Assembly: GCF_009914755.1 (NCBI RefSeq)
Contig: NC_060941.1
Direction: 5' to 3' (one strand)
DNA from: the human T2T-CHM13v2.0 reference genome, Homo sapiens
DNA: 64,000 nucleotides
Shown here: piece after piece, positions 26,777 to 43,628 of the stretch
Layout: each line of letters starts with the position of its first letter
Numbering within the stretch: the first letter of the stretch is position 1
Program-made: the position numbers and the translations under genes
The notes under the pieces: model-generated
Told to the model about the DNA's origin: nothing
Database searches by the model: none
Seen by the model: only the letters and a program-made list of their open reading frames with translations

Positions 26777-29155
26777 GGACGCCATTTTGGCTGAATTTCC
26801 TTTACCCTCCTGCTCCGTGAAGCGGGGCCCATTGGGGAGGTGCTGCTCTGTAATCTGCTCTTCTTCTTGAATGTGTGGTTAGGGCAGCCACATTGATGTC
26901 CCCCAGGCTCCAGAGTGACCGCCCCTTAGGGGTCCTGCTGGGCGTTGGCCGCTGTTGGCCGCAGGGCACCGTTGGCCTGTGCATTGCTGCCACCTACCCA
27001 TGATGGGCAGAATTGTCACGAGCTCAGGAGGAAACCATGGAAAAACCGCAGGTCCTGGAGCCTCCGTGTGGTTGTCGTGGGCAGCTTTCCACGCGACGTG
27101 CCCTCCCTGGGCGTGAGGCTGCATTTGCACTTAGCGGGGAGAGGGGGAATGTTGTGGGTTCTAGTTGGGCTTTTTGATGATGATATTTGGAAAGACTTGA
27201 GACAAAGTAGCCACCCTGTCCTGTCCCTTCCTCACCCACCACACCGACTGCTCCCCGCTGGCAGGCACTGCAGGCTGCACAAGTAACCGTGGAACCTAAA
27301 CACTCATGTGCTTCGTCCGGGTTTTAAAAAGGCGCCCTTACCGCGGTTTCGGTGTTTGGCGTCTTCACGCCATCCGGGTTCTCGGTGCTCTGCTCTGAAG
27401 GATGGTGGAGGGCTGTGGTCTGTTGTTGGGGGTGCTGGGTGCAGGGTGGTTTCTGTCTGCCTCTCTCTACCCCCAACTCCAGCTTTCCCACCCTGCCCTC
27501 TGCTCTGGGGCACGTGTGCTGTTGGGATGCATCCCTCAGGGTTCACGGCAGGGTGTGGATTGCTGGGGGGCATCGTGGAGAAGGGCATCTTTATGGGAGG
27601 CATCCCTGCTCTGGGCCCCCTGCCGGCCTCCAGCTGTGTCTGCACCATGAGTGTGTTCGCTGGAGTGCGGCGTTTGCACTCCCTCACACCGCTGAGTGCA
27701 AACGCGGCACTCCTGCACATGTCGCCTGGCACCGTGGCGGGCGTGTCCCGTGGAAAGCTGCCCATGCTGCCCACGCCCTCCCTGGGGGCCCCTTGGCTGC
27801 CTGCACTCCCCAGCCGTGACCTCAGCTCCCGGCGCCGGCCCTCCTTGTGCAGCTCCTTCCCCTCCATGGCCTTTGCTGGCCCCAGGAGACTCTGGCCTGC
27901 AGGCTCTGAAGCCGGCTGTGTCCCTGGTGATCCTGACTGAGCCTTGGTGTCAACTCAGGTTTTTTTCTCCTCCTCGTTCATTTTTACACTTCGTAGGAAA
28001 TTATTTTCCCTTTCAGCTTTCAAGTAGGAATAGTTCAGAAGGGGAAATAGTTCTGCATAGCGTCTGTGGTCTTGGCCCCGCATCTCCCAGTCCCACATTT
28101 TAATTTTTCCAAAGGCAACCCTTTCAGTTTTTTAGCTGTCTGTTTTCCTTGCTTCTGTATTTCTGAGTTCTGTATGTACGCAGCTGTTTCCTGATATCCT
28201 TAGTTTTAGATGTGTTCTTTCAAGTGAGACAAGACTCCAAGCTCTTGTCGGGGTGAGAAATCTGCGGGTTCACGGGCTACATGTGGGAGACGGGGAGGGG
28301 CTGCTGGTCACTTTCTCACCCAGGCCAGAGGATGGCGCCCTTACCCCCGAGGACGCCGGCATGTCGGTGACATGCCGCCCGCAGGAGCATCAGGTGCGCC
28401 CTGGCCGCAGGTGCCCCGGAGGTGTCGAACCGCAGATTTCTTCAGACGTTTTTTGCACATTTTGTGGGAAAAGTGGCTCAACCCTTGGGAGTCGTCTGCG
28501 TCCCCATATCAAAGAAATGTCATACAGGTTGGCCTTTGTCGTGAATATTCACGAGAGGAGATGAACATCCTGGATGTCCTCAGCGTGGCCTGAACTGAGC
28601 TGCTTCCCCCGGTGCCAGGAAGATGAGCGTCCCCTTGTCTCCGTCTTAGTCTCAGTGGCTCTTGCATTTCATGCTTTAGAATCAAAGGAAAGAAACAGGA
28701 ACTCTGTTTAGTGAAGCAGCGATGAAGGAGGGGTTTGTCAGTCAGGGTGGACTGCGTTTTGCTCTTGAAACAATCCCCAAGTTTCAGTGTCTTAAAACCA
28801 CAGGTGTTTTTTTATCCTGCTCACATGTGGATCACCGAGGGCAGGGGCCGGGAGGAAGGGGGTCATCTGGCTCACAGCCTTGCACCAGAGGCGTCACGAG
28901 AATCAGGAAAAGTTCTCCTCTCATGCCGAAGACGGGAGGGAAACCAGAGGCACTGGTGAGCCTTGAGTCGGCCACAGGTGTGTGGAGGATCGTGACTTAG
29001 CAAGCCGGGGACACGCTGTTAATGGACTTCCTGCTGTGGGGGTGAGGGCTCCGTGCTCCATCTCTGATGCCCTGAACACACCTGCCACCTCCCCTGTCCC
29101 CTCAGCAGAGACATGGCCGGTGCTGTCGTGCCTTTCGCTTTTACCTGTATCTTAA

Positions 29156-29686
<531 letters not shown>

Positions 29687-30100
29687 TGATTCTTAAAGGT
29701 TATTTTTGCTAAGAATGAAACTTTAGTTTGCATTTATTCATTCGTTTGTGTTTTGGCACTTTAAAGATAATAGTCTCTTGTCTTCTGGAGAGATTAGCTG
29801 CCAGTCTACTTATTACTTTATTGGAGACAATCTTTTAAGTTTCGCTGGCTTCTTTTGAGATTTTTATCTTTATTTGGTTTTCAGCACTTTTACCGTGATA
29901 TTCCTAGAACAAGTTCCCTTTGTGTTTATCTGACTTGGGGCTCTAGGGTTCATACTTGTTCCATAATCTGTATTTTCTGTCGACGTTTTGTTCACTTTAG
30001 AAAAATTCCTAGCCATGATCTCTTTGAACATTGCTCACTGGCCTCTCCTCTCCTTTTGGGACTCTTATTACCCACGTCTTGTCTGGATCACCGCACTTAA

Positions 30101-30466
<366 letters not shown>

Positions 30467-32099
30467 TGATTTAAATTTCATTGTCACAAATTCTTTCAGG
30501 TGTGCCTTATCTGCCGTTAAACGCATCCTTGAATTTTTTTATTTTTCAGAACTTATTTTTTATAGTTTTCATTTTTTTCACATCCTGGAACATATTAAGC
30601 ATGGTTTAAAATCTTTGTTTAATGTCATCATCTGGAGCCTCTGTGGCTGTTTCTGAAGGACGGTATATCATACATGAAAAGCATCTCCACCAAGCTGCAG
30701 GAACAAGACATTACAGAAATGCTTTGAGGTCTGCAATGTTCTCCTCTCCCAGAGAGACTTGATGTTGGCTCTTGACGGGAGGCGGGTGCTTGCTGTCGGG
30801 GTCACCTCCATTGGGTTTTGGGACGTAGGAGGGGTCCGTGCTGGGCTGGCCCACGTTTTACACCTATTTCTAGGTGTGGTCCTCTGGGTTCAGAGCCTGT
30901 GGTGAGGGCTCTACCGCTTCTCCCTTTGGTCATCCTGGACTCCCGTTCTCCTGCTAGCTGGAGATGCTCCTGGATGCACTGTTGGGGGTTTCTGGTTCTT
31001 GTGGCGCCCCCTGGAGTCAGCCGTGAGCCGGGGAGAGTTGGCCCCCGCCGCTCTGTCCCTCTCAGGTCTTCGTGAGCTCTCTGGTAACTGCAGGCACTTC
31101 CTGTGTGTTTTCATTTTGTCTGGCTTTTAAAAATGTCTTAGTGGAGGGTTGGTCTGCGTTATCTAGTCTGTTAGTTTTTAAAAAATATTCTTCATTTCGA
31201 AATAATTATAGACTTACAGGAAGTTATGAGATTAGTAATAGAGCCTGGCTGTGCTTCCCATGCTTCCTCCGCGGTGACTCCGGGTATGACAGTGTTGGAG
31301 CCGGGACTGCGGTGTCGAGGCCCTGCCTCTAACTGGACTGCAGGCCTGTGCGGTTTCGTGGCTTCATGTGTGTGTGGAGTGGCCATGTGTGTCTAGTTTC
31401 GTGCAGATTGATGCCCTGTGTAGATTTCTGTAACTAACTCCACACTCAAATCAGAAACCTGCGTCCTTCCCACAGAGACAGCCCCTGCCCTTTGCATTCT
31501 CACCCTGCCCCCCTGCCACCAGTCTGTCCCTTCTAGAATATGCCATGATCGACTCGTATGGTCGTGGCATTTCGAGGTGGGCATTTTCTGTGAGCGTGGT
31601 GCCGAGACCCCATCCAGCTGTCCATGTGTTCACAGTTTGTGCCTTCCTAGCCCACGGTTGGGTTTTACCAGAGTGTGTTCGACCAGCACTCAGTAGAGTA
31701 CACTGGGGCTATTTCTATCTGTTGCTGTTGTGAACAAGGTTGCCAGGAATATTCCTGTGCGAGATGTGGGTACAAGCCTTTTCATGTCTACCACTGAGTC
31801 CCGTGTGCCGTTTCGTGAGAGGCTGAGGCACCGCTTCATTCCACCGCTGAGCCCCGCGTGCCGTTTCGTGAGAGGCTGAGGCACCGCTGAGCCGCGCGTG
31901 CCGTTTTTAACTTGATTATAAAATACATTTAAAGTTCACATGCAGGTGCATCTCCAAGAAAATTATTTTAAAAACTAGTTAAGACTTTCATTTCCCAGTC
32001 CTCAACACACATCAGAGCAGTACTCTGTTCAGAGCTGAAAGGATTCGCGCTGGGACAAAGGCGTGTCACTTGAGTGAGTGATGGTGTCACAGGTGCCCA

Positions 32100-32900
32100 C
32101 GTGGAAGAAGGTAAAGTCGTATCTAAAACTAAATGTGAGAGTAACTAATAACTTACGCATAAAAACTACCATCATAAAAATCCTCGAAGAAATTTTAGGA
32201 GACGTTGTAGGACAGTGTCAGTCTCTGAAGAAAACTTCTTAGTTTAGAAATTTTCAAATCTGCGCAGAAGTAAAGAGAAGTAGTTTACGGGGGGGGCCCA
32301 GAGTCTCGCCCGGCGCTTCCTTTCTCCTCCCCTCCTCTGAGTTTAAAGAAGACCCTGAATGTCAGGTCCCAGCAGCCCCTCGCTGGGTTTTTCTAACTTG
32401 TGGTAAGAACTGGTTTTCTGGGGTTTTTTGTTTCTTTTTGTTTCCCCCCTCTTGGCATGTAATCCCCAGCTAACAGATTTTATAATAATAATTCCACAAG
32501 GTAGAAACAAAAGGAGATAATTATGTTGGGCCTTATATTGAAGAATAGACCATGTGTAGGTTGGTAGGGAAAACGGAGATTGAGAATAAACGTCTGTTCT
32601 ACAGTCGAAAAGGTAAAAAGTTAATTAGTGTACAAAGACTAAATTGTAAAACTGCCTGTGACAAGGTAAAGGATCCAGTATGAAATGGGGCAGAGCAGAC
32701 GTGTGGGCATTTCATGCAGAAGAGGAGCAGACTCACGTGGCCGTGGACGGTGAGGGTGCCGGCCTCACCTCGGAGGCATGGAAGTACCAGGTTACTTCAC
32801 ATCGAGAGGACCGTTTTCCTCTTTCCAGTCGGCTGCGGTTGGCACTGAAGAATCTTGGTGCTGACAGACACAGAGCAGGGTCTCTCGTGGAACAGGAGTT
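32100..32900 (+). mobile_element. Decayed L1 ORF2/3' remnant, sense to TBCD (approximate)
   Basis: A-rich; ctaaatgtgagagtaac...ataaaaatcctcgaagaaa; aaatggggcagagcagacg...catttcatgcagaagagg. Confidence 0.5.
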
Positions 32901-33605
32901 GTCTGGTCTGTTCAGTTTGATGAGTGGCAGTATCTGTGACGATGGGAAGTGTGTGTGTGGTCCCTGTCCTGTGTGCAGGGACGCCAGGTGGACCGACGGC
33001 CTCCGCATCTGTAGCACGGTCAGGCCTCCTTGTTCACGGTGACAAAAAATGGAAGGAGAGTTTAGTCCCTCAGGAGAAATAGCAAATACCATGAACAAGT
33101 GTGCAGCAGGCGTCTGCGAGTGGGTTCCGTTGTTAGGTAGAGACCGTGGGAGCTAGAGCAGTGTGTGGCCGTGGGAGCTGCTGATGCTGTCCAGTCGTCT
33201 CTGTCTCGTGCGTCCTGGCCCCCTCGTGGCTGGTCAGGGCCACGTTTCTGGTCATGGAGAGTGTGAGTGACGAGCTATGTGGGGAAGTGACAGGCATGAC
33301 CTGTGGTCTGGAGCATTGCAGGTGATGGCTGTCTGTCGCTTGGGTCCTGAGTGACAGGTCTAGGAGCAGAAGCCGCTATGCTTCCCGTACAGCCTGTCAC
33401 AGGGACGTCTGCAGCTCCCTGACAGGCCGGCCCGGCTTCTCTGAAGTGCACGTGGGCTCACACATGGGCCTTCTGCCACGTGGCTGGGTCTGCAGCACTT
33501 TCTTCAGGCTGCTCAGCGGAGGAGGCGTCTTGGGCTTCTCATGGTCGTTCTGAAATGGTTCTGGGATGTTTCCAGCCCTGGCAGCAGGGTAGGTTGGGCG
33601 GGTGA

Positions 33606-33794
<189 letters not shown>

Positions 33795-34643
33795 TAATAA
33801 TAGCATTTTCTTACAGAATGACTTCAGATTAAAAGGTAAAAATGAACCTGTTAGGATGGGGGCGATAAACGATTATAGCTTAAAGGTTCAAGATATTAAT
33901 CGGATACGTTGCCTTGAAGTTGTTACAAGAACCTGCTTAAATAATGGGTACCCACCGCCCTCTCCCCCCAACACAGGAGGGCCCTTCCCCGCCGTCACCT
34001 CAGTACCCCCACCTCCTCGCTTCCATGCCCAGGGCCCGGCACTCTGGGTCAGTTCTTCTCCCAGGCAGACAGTCGGGAGCTGCAGCCACCCAGGCCCTCG
34101 TGGACCAGGAGCGTGCCGGCCGCCGACACCACGGACCCTGTGGGCAGAGGCGGCTCCAGTTCCTCAGCAGCCCCCCACACTGGGCTGCCAGAGCACAGTG
34201 AAGGGAGCCCCCAGGGCTGTGGTGTCCCGGGGCTGTCTCAGCAGCCTCAGAAGTTAGGACTTTTTTTTTGTTAATTGAATAGCCTTCACATTTGTTGCTT
34301 GTGCAGGATCTAATTGAGTTAAAGATTTGGGTTTATATTGGTGGGAGCCGGGGGAGACCGTTTGAAGGAAAAGATTTAGGGGTAACAAAAGAATAAAAGT
34401 TTCCCAAAATGTGATGTATAAAAATTTACAGAATGCTGGTATTTCCCTCAATAAGAGCTTACACAATTTAACAGCCATGAGAGGAAGGGGCCTTAGACTT
34501 AACACAACGTGGAGAATGTTCACTTTGGCTTTTCCACAGATTCCTCTCAAAGGTTACCATCGACTTTAAGATTAGTATTAATAGAAGCTGTTTTTGCTGT
34601 TGTTTTTGATTTCATGGTGTTTTTGATTGCCTGGGTACGCTAA

Positions 34644-34742
<99 letters not shown>

Positions 34743-35273
34743 TGAGCATGGGCGTTCCCGGCCGGCGCTGTGGCGGTGTTAGTGTGTTAGTCACGGATGG
34801 TGTTTGTGTTGGCGACTGTGCATCATGAGGCTGTCCCTGCAGTAGCCTGATAACTGACAAATGGGGGCATAATTCTATTTGGAATCCCGGATGGTAGCGT
34901 CTACACGGTTTATAACCAGAAAATCCAATACAGCCATTGGAATCCGAATGTTTAATTTTTTATTGCTTCTGGCTGTTTTAATTATAGTTACCTTTGAAAT
35001 ACTTTTTCTGCATCAATAGTAACTGTGCTCTGTTGAGTTCCGTGTCCTGTAGGATCTGAGGTTTGGAAACTCCCTTTATGATGCTCCTGTGCAGATGAGA
35101 AAACAGCACCCCAGGACCTCTGCTCGCACACATTGACCTGGTCATGTTGTGTGGGTGCCAGTGTGTGTGTGTGTCCCCGGCCACCTGCCCTCCCCTCCCG
35201 TCCTGGGGGTTACAGGTGGACTTTGGACTCACAGAGCTGTAACGCTGATCTCATTGCATAGATAAGAAACCAT

Positions 35274-35558
<285 letters not shown>

Positions 35559-36549
35559 TTACCAACGTTGACTAGGTTTTGATATTGAGGATGAAGAATG
35601 GAAGTACATTTAGGTGTCTTGTAATTCTCTGACTTCCTCCATGCTTAGCATTTCTTTTTCCTTAGCATCTTCAATTTTCTTATTTTTTTTTTCTTAAGGA
35701 ACTTGAACATTCTGTAGGATCCAAGTACCGTTCTACTAATTGAATTTGAATGCATCATGATCAGTGCCTCAAAATTTTATTTCAAAAGTCCATGATTAAT
35801 TCACACTGGCCATGATGCTGGTGCACTTTGCCCCTGGGATTGGCACAGGTGGTGACTCGTGGAATGCAGCACCCTGTAGACGACGCACCTCCTCTGCTCA
35901 TGGCCCCCACCTGCCCCGCCCCCAGTGCCTCTCCAAGGCTGCTCTGTTGGCCTCGGCTCCTGGGCTTCGGGGGAGCGGTGGAAAGAACACGTGGGTTTGG
36001 TGTTTGCCACTTGCTGGCTGTGTGGTCACGAGAGGCTCCTCCGTAGGTGGCAGAGGTGGGGGTTCGAGGAGACAGTGGCACTGAGCCCCGCACGCGGCGG
36101 GACTGGTGACTCTCTGCCCGCTCCTGCTCTGTGCAGCAATTGCCGTCCCTCCCACCACGGTTCCTGGTGGCCTTGGGATGGGTTCCCGGGGGTCTCCTGC
36201 TGTCCGGCCCCAACTCCTGTTCCCAGTGCGCCCCCGGAGCCCTGTCTCTCTAAATGAGGCTGACGTGGCTTGGCCTGAAGGCCCTGCCCCGTTACTCTGG
36301 GTGCATAGTGTATGCCTTTTTCTTCATAACTATTTCTGGGAAAGAAAAATATGCTCCATTTTATTATTGTTCCATATTAGAAGACAGACATTGTGGAAGG
36401 AATAATCAGGTTATCCATTCAGTTTCTTAGTTGTAGTGGTAGTAAAGTGATGCGTGTATCCGACAGATGATGGTGAGCAGGCGTGCTGGAAAGGAGTAGC
36501 ATGACTTAGGGGTTCTTTTGGTTTGGTTCGAAAGTCATTGCTGTGCCGA

Positions 36550-36775
36550 GATCTCAGGGTGACCCGCTGTGTCCCTGGTCAGGTCCTTCTCTGACCTCAA
36601 GGGTGACCTGCTGTGTCCTTGGCCGGGTGCTTCTCCAACCTCAGGGCGACCCGCTGGGTCCCTGGTCAGGCAGGGGCTGCTCTGACCTCAGGGTGACCAC
36701 GGTGTCCCTGGTCAGGTGCTTCTCCGACTTCAGAGTGACCTGCTCTGTCCCTGGCCGGGGGCTTCTCCGAGCAGA
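36550..36775. repeat. Degenerate ~44-bp VNTR upstream of exon 26
   Basis: ctcagggtgacccgctgtgtccctggtcagg-like units x5. Confidence 0.8.
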
Positions 36776-36810
36776 GCTGCTGTGCGCTCACCGTGCTGCC
36801 TTTGTTTTAG

Positions 36811-37411
<601 letters not shown>

Positions 37412-37782
37412 CAGTGTTTTTAGAATTTTTGTATGCACCGTGACATTTTTCTGCTGTGTGTTTCACTCGTTAATACATTTTGCTGTTTTTTCCTTCTTTA
37501 TGAAAGTAGCATTAGGCTGGCTTTACGCCGTGTCCCGTGCGTAGCTGCTGTGCCGCCTCACTGTACATCCTGCACCCCCGTGCTGAAGTTCAGGCTTGCT
37601 TCTCGCACATCATGTTCGAGGGATCTGCTTCATGAATCGTACTTTTATTTTTAAAGTGTCACATGCACATATGTTGGCCCACAGTGTTCCTTTATGTCAT
37701 ATGATAGAACATGCATTATTAATCACGTCAAAAGTGTGTGAATCACCACTTAAAATTATTATAAGTATATAAAAATCATGCA

Positions 37783-37919
37783 TTAGCTTGGCATGGTGGC
37801 ACACACCTGTAATCCCAGCTACTTGGGAGGCTGAGTGTGGGGTTGAGGCTGCAGCGAGCTAAGCTTGCACCACGGCACTCCAGCCTGGGTGACAGAATGA
37901 GACTCTCTCAAAAAAAAAA
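37783..37919 (+). mobile_element. Partial Alu right arm
   Basis: ttagcttggcatggtggcacacacctgtaatcccagctac...poly-A. Confidence 0.85.
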
Positions 37920-37943
37920 TTCTCTTTCTGATTCCTATTTTGA

Positions 37944-38288
<345 letters not shown>

Positions 38289-39062
38289 TAGGCCCAGCCG
38301 TTAATAAACCCATCAGTGCTTGTAGCTGGGAGGGGGTTCCTGGAAACCGGCACCTGTGGCCAGGAGGAAGGGGGCAGAGGGCACCCAAGGTCTGTGGCCC
38401 CTTAGGGCCCTGGCGAACCCTTTGCTGTCAGAGGACAGACTTGAAAAAGCTGAATTCTGGGAGGGAGGAGAAGGTGTTGTTTGTAGAAGCAGCTGCCGAG
38501 AGTGAGGAGAACACAGTTGCCTTTGTGCGTTGTGGAGCCGGGTCCTGTTTTGGTTGCGGCCGTGCATCCTGCATCCAGGTCGGGGCAGAGGTGGTTCCAC
38601 GTCCTCCCAGAGGTCAGCCCCACGCTGGCCTCAGTGACCTGCTCTCTCACGCTTTCCTGTGGTGCTGGTCCCACTGACCAACCTGCCGGGAACTCCTGCT
38701 TGTCTCCCCTCCGGCCACCTGGCGTCTGAAGCTGGAATAGGCCCTGGCCACTGGGTTCCCCACGCCCTTCCCTCCCCATGGGATCCAGCCTTGGCACTTC
38801 AGGATCTGCAGCTCCAGACGGACTCCTGCCTGTGTGGCGGGTGGGCCTCACAGCCGCCATGCCATCTAAAACTCGCATGTGGGGGTTTATCCAGTTGAAA
38901 CACAGATAAATGTGAAACAGGATCACTTGGAGATATGACAGATGAGGTTGTCGGGACCCAGCAGCTTCCTTTGTCAATACCCCAGGTCTCAGCGTAGGAC
39001 AAAAGGGGGGGACCTCAGGTAGGGTGTGGCCAGACCCCCAGTGACACCCTGGGGTGGGGGCT

Positions 39063-39236
39063 GGCCGTGGAGAGGCTGGAGGTGACCTCTCCCCGGGTGT
39101 CCTTCCTGGGTTGTACCGGGGGCCGTGGAGAGGCTGGAGGTGACTCCTCCCCGGGTGTCCTTCCTGGGTTGTACTGGGGGCCGTGGAGAGGCTGGAGGTG
39201 ACCTCTCCCCGGGTGTCCTTCCTGGGTTGTACCAGG
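39063..39236. repeat. 58-bp tandem repeat, 3 copies
   Basis: ggccgtggagaggctggaggtgac at 39063, 39121, 39179. Confidence 0.9.
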
Positions 39237-39366
39237 GGCCATGGATGGCCGTGAGGAAGGTGGTGCCAGGAGCTGCCTATCTCATGGTGTGGGGTCTGTG
39301 GCTCCGGGCCAACATTGCCACCTCCCTAAAGAGTGCACTTTGTTATAGCTTATGGTTCTTCTGTGA

Positions 39367-39477
<111 letters not shown>

Positions 39478-40042
39478 TGAGTCCCAACAGTTCCTCCCTA
39501 AAGTCGTAAGTCTCTGAAAGGCCAGCAGATGAACGCTAAGGGGGATGTTTTTGCTCAGAGGCAGGACTTATGATTCTTCACTTCCTAGGTTTCCTCTCTT
39601 CCAGAGGATCGTCAGTCCCAGCTGCTGGAGGCTCTTTCATTCTCTTGCTGTCATAGTCGTAGTGAATGTTAAACTTCTTTAGGGACACTGGGCCCCTTGG
39701 AGAATTGGAGAATGTGTCCTGGCCCAAGGTTGGCAAAGAGGAGCTGACCCTGCCAGCCAGTGTTTGGAATGATCTCTGCACTCGTTGACAGACACGCACC
39801 TGGGGCCACGCCATATGCCCTCTCCTCCCTGCAGGCACACAAGAGGAGCAGTCCCGCGGGGGCCACGCACGCCCCCTTCTCTCCTATGCCAGCATCCGTT
39901 CCCTCTAGTCAGGGTGGGAAGTGGGAGGGACCAGCCGCAGGGGGCGTCCCCATCCACCTTTCAACCGGAGAGACGGCAGAGCGTGACCTCGGGGAAGCAC
40001 GTCCCACGTTCCATACATGTGGAAGGAGCTCTGTGTTTCTGA

Positions 40043-40327
<285 letters not shown>

Positions 40328-40662
40328 TGAGCGCTTCTTCTGAGAAGCCCATCTATTCCGTGGAAACTCGGAGGCCCCGGGCTTTTCTGCAGGGAGAAAT
40401 CTTTGTAGATTTGTGCCGTGTTTTGCGTTTTAAAGGCTCTGGGGAAGATGACCTGTTCTCTGCTCCCGGGTGAGCCTGCGTGGCAGGGCTTTGCAGGTGC
40501 TTGTCCAGCCCGTCCTCAGGTGTTGGGCCTGTGTCGTCCTCGTTGACAGGGTGTGAGGGAGGACGCGTCTTCAATGAAAGGCTGCCGGCTGCTTACATTG
40601 GGTTTTGCCAACATTTCTTGCTGTAGTGGGATTGATAACCCCTGAAACGCCTGTGTGTGTAG

Positions 40663-40974
<312 letters not shown>

Positions 40975-41404
40975 TGAGTGTCACGTCGCAGCTCTTCTGC
41001 ATCCTAGAGGGCAGCCCCGAGCTTGGGGAGGCTGGCGGGGCGGGCGGTCCTGGTGCTCAGTGGCATTTGCACTGCTGGGCACACACCCTCCTCCCAGAGA
41101 GCCTCTCTGGTCCCTGACCCCAGGTTTGTGCAGGCCCCTCCTCCTGCCCCCATAGCCATGGCGTGAGCTGGGGCCCATCCTCCTCTGCCCAGTGCCCCCA
41201 GGACGAGGCTCTGCTCCCCAGCCTGGGCCTCCAACGGTGCTCTGGCCAGTTTGATGACAGCCAGCTTCCCGGGGTAGGGCCGGGCAGGAGGTGGGGACTT
41301 CTCAGCTTAGGACCCTGAACCTGGGGGTCTGCTCCTGCCAGGACCAGCTGAGCCATCACTCAGTTCCCTGCACCTGAGGCTGCCATTGGGGCCTGCCCTT
41401 GCTG

Positions 41405-41655
41405 TGTGTCTCTGTCGGGGGCACTGGGTTGTGGGTACCCCCAGGCCCTGCCCTTTCTGTCGGTCTCTCTGTCGGGGGCACTGAGTCATGGAGGTCCAGG
41501 CCCTGCCCTTGCGGATCTCTGTCAGGGGCACTCAGTCAGGGGGTCCAGGCCCTGCCCTTGCGGGTCTCTGTCGGGGGCACTGAGTCATGGGGGTCCAGGC
41601 CCTGCCCTTGCTGTCAGTCTCTCTGTCAGGGACACTCGGCCGTGGGGATCCCAGG
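41405..41655. repeat. ~50-bp degenerate VNTR
   Basis: tctctgtcgggggcactgagtcatgggggtccaggccctgcccttg-like units. Confidence 0.85.
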
Positions 41656-41849
41656 GCCTGATTTCCTTAGTTCTCACCTCTTTCTCTTTCCCCCTCCCCA
41701 TCTCTTCCCCAGCCCCAGCTTCTCTCTCCCCATCCCCGGCCTCTCTGTCCCCATCACTCTTCTCCACCCGCTCCTGTAATCCTATTTGTTGTCCCTGCTT
41801 CAACCCTAAGACCTCATCAGCACGCATGTAACACGTAGCACATGTGTAA

Positions 41850-42617
<768 letters not shown>

Positions 42618-43028
42618 TAGGGGGTCAGGGGCCCAGTGTCTTCCTCTGACCCAGGAGGCTTAGGGCCTGTGGGATGGTTGAGTCTGATGAAGGTGGGACA
42701 GGGCCAGCGCCACTCTCTTCCTGCGGCCGCAGCCTTGGAGCTCCCAGCGTCCCCTCGGGGTTCAATCCTCCAGGACCTGTGTCTGATGCCTGCATGTGGG
42801 TACCTGGGCTCCATCAGGTTCTAGATCGGCCTCCGCCCTCCACTTTCAGGGCTCCAGGCCCAGCTTCTCATGTCTGTGGGGAGGGTCTCCAGAGCCTTGG
42901 TCTGTGGCTGAGCTGTGGAACTTGAAGGCCTCTCTGCATCTTGTCACTCGTGGCCCCTGCACCTTGGGTCATGACCTGCTTTATGTGGCAACCCTGTGAC
43001 AGCTGCTAAGTCCTAGAAAACACGTAAC

Positions 43029-43135
43029 AGGACGTGAGGTGCCCTCTGCGCCGTGTGGGCGCGTGCGGGGAGACCCGGGCCCCAGGACGTGAGGTGCCCT
43101 CTGCGCCGTGCGGGCGCGTGCGGGGAGACCCGGGC
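43029..43135. repeat. ~55-bp CpG-rich tandem duplication
   Basis: aggacgtgaggtgccctctgcgccgtg...ggagacccgggcc x2. Confidence 0.88.
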
Positions 43136-43487
43136 CACATGCGAGCGGGGCCCCGAGACATTCTGCACTCGGGAATTGCGGGGATTATCAAATCCCGCTT
43201 CAGTGGGAAACGTGAGCGAAACCCAAGGTGAGTGGCCGCAGCCTTTCGTCACGTGCTCTCCCGCATGTCCTAAGTGAGGGCTCAGGCTGAGCTGCCGTTG
43301 CCGAGAGCCTTGTGTCTGCTTCGGGTGTCTGCACTGTGAGTGGCTCCGTGCTGGCGTCCGCACCAGCCGCTTGGGGCCAGACCTTCGCGTCTCTGCAGCT
43401 CGGAGCAGTTCTGCTCTTCAGCAGATGCTTGACCGGCTGTAGCCAAGCCTGAGGGGTGGCAGGCTCGGGGGTCCCACTGCCTTCTGA

Positions 43488-43628
<141 letters not shown>

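Noticed and set aside
32680-33042. 120-aa ATG ORF with protein-like composition
   Set aside because: Overlaps decayed L1-like sequence; no recognisable domain or in-frame link to TBCD exons
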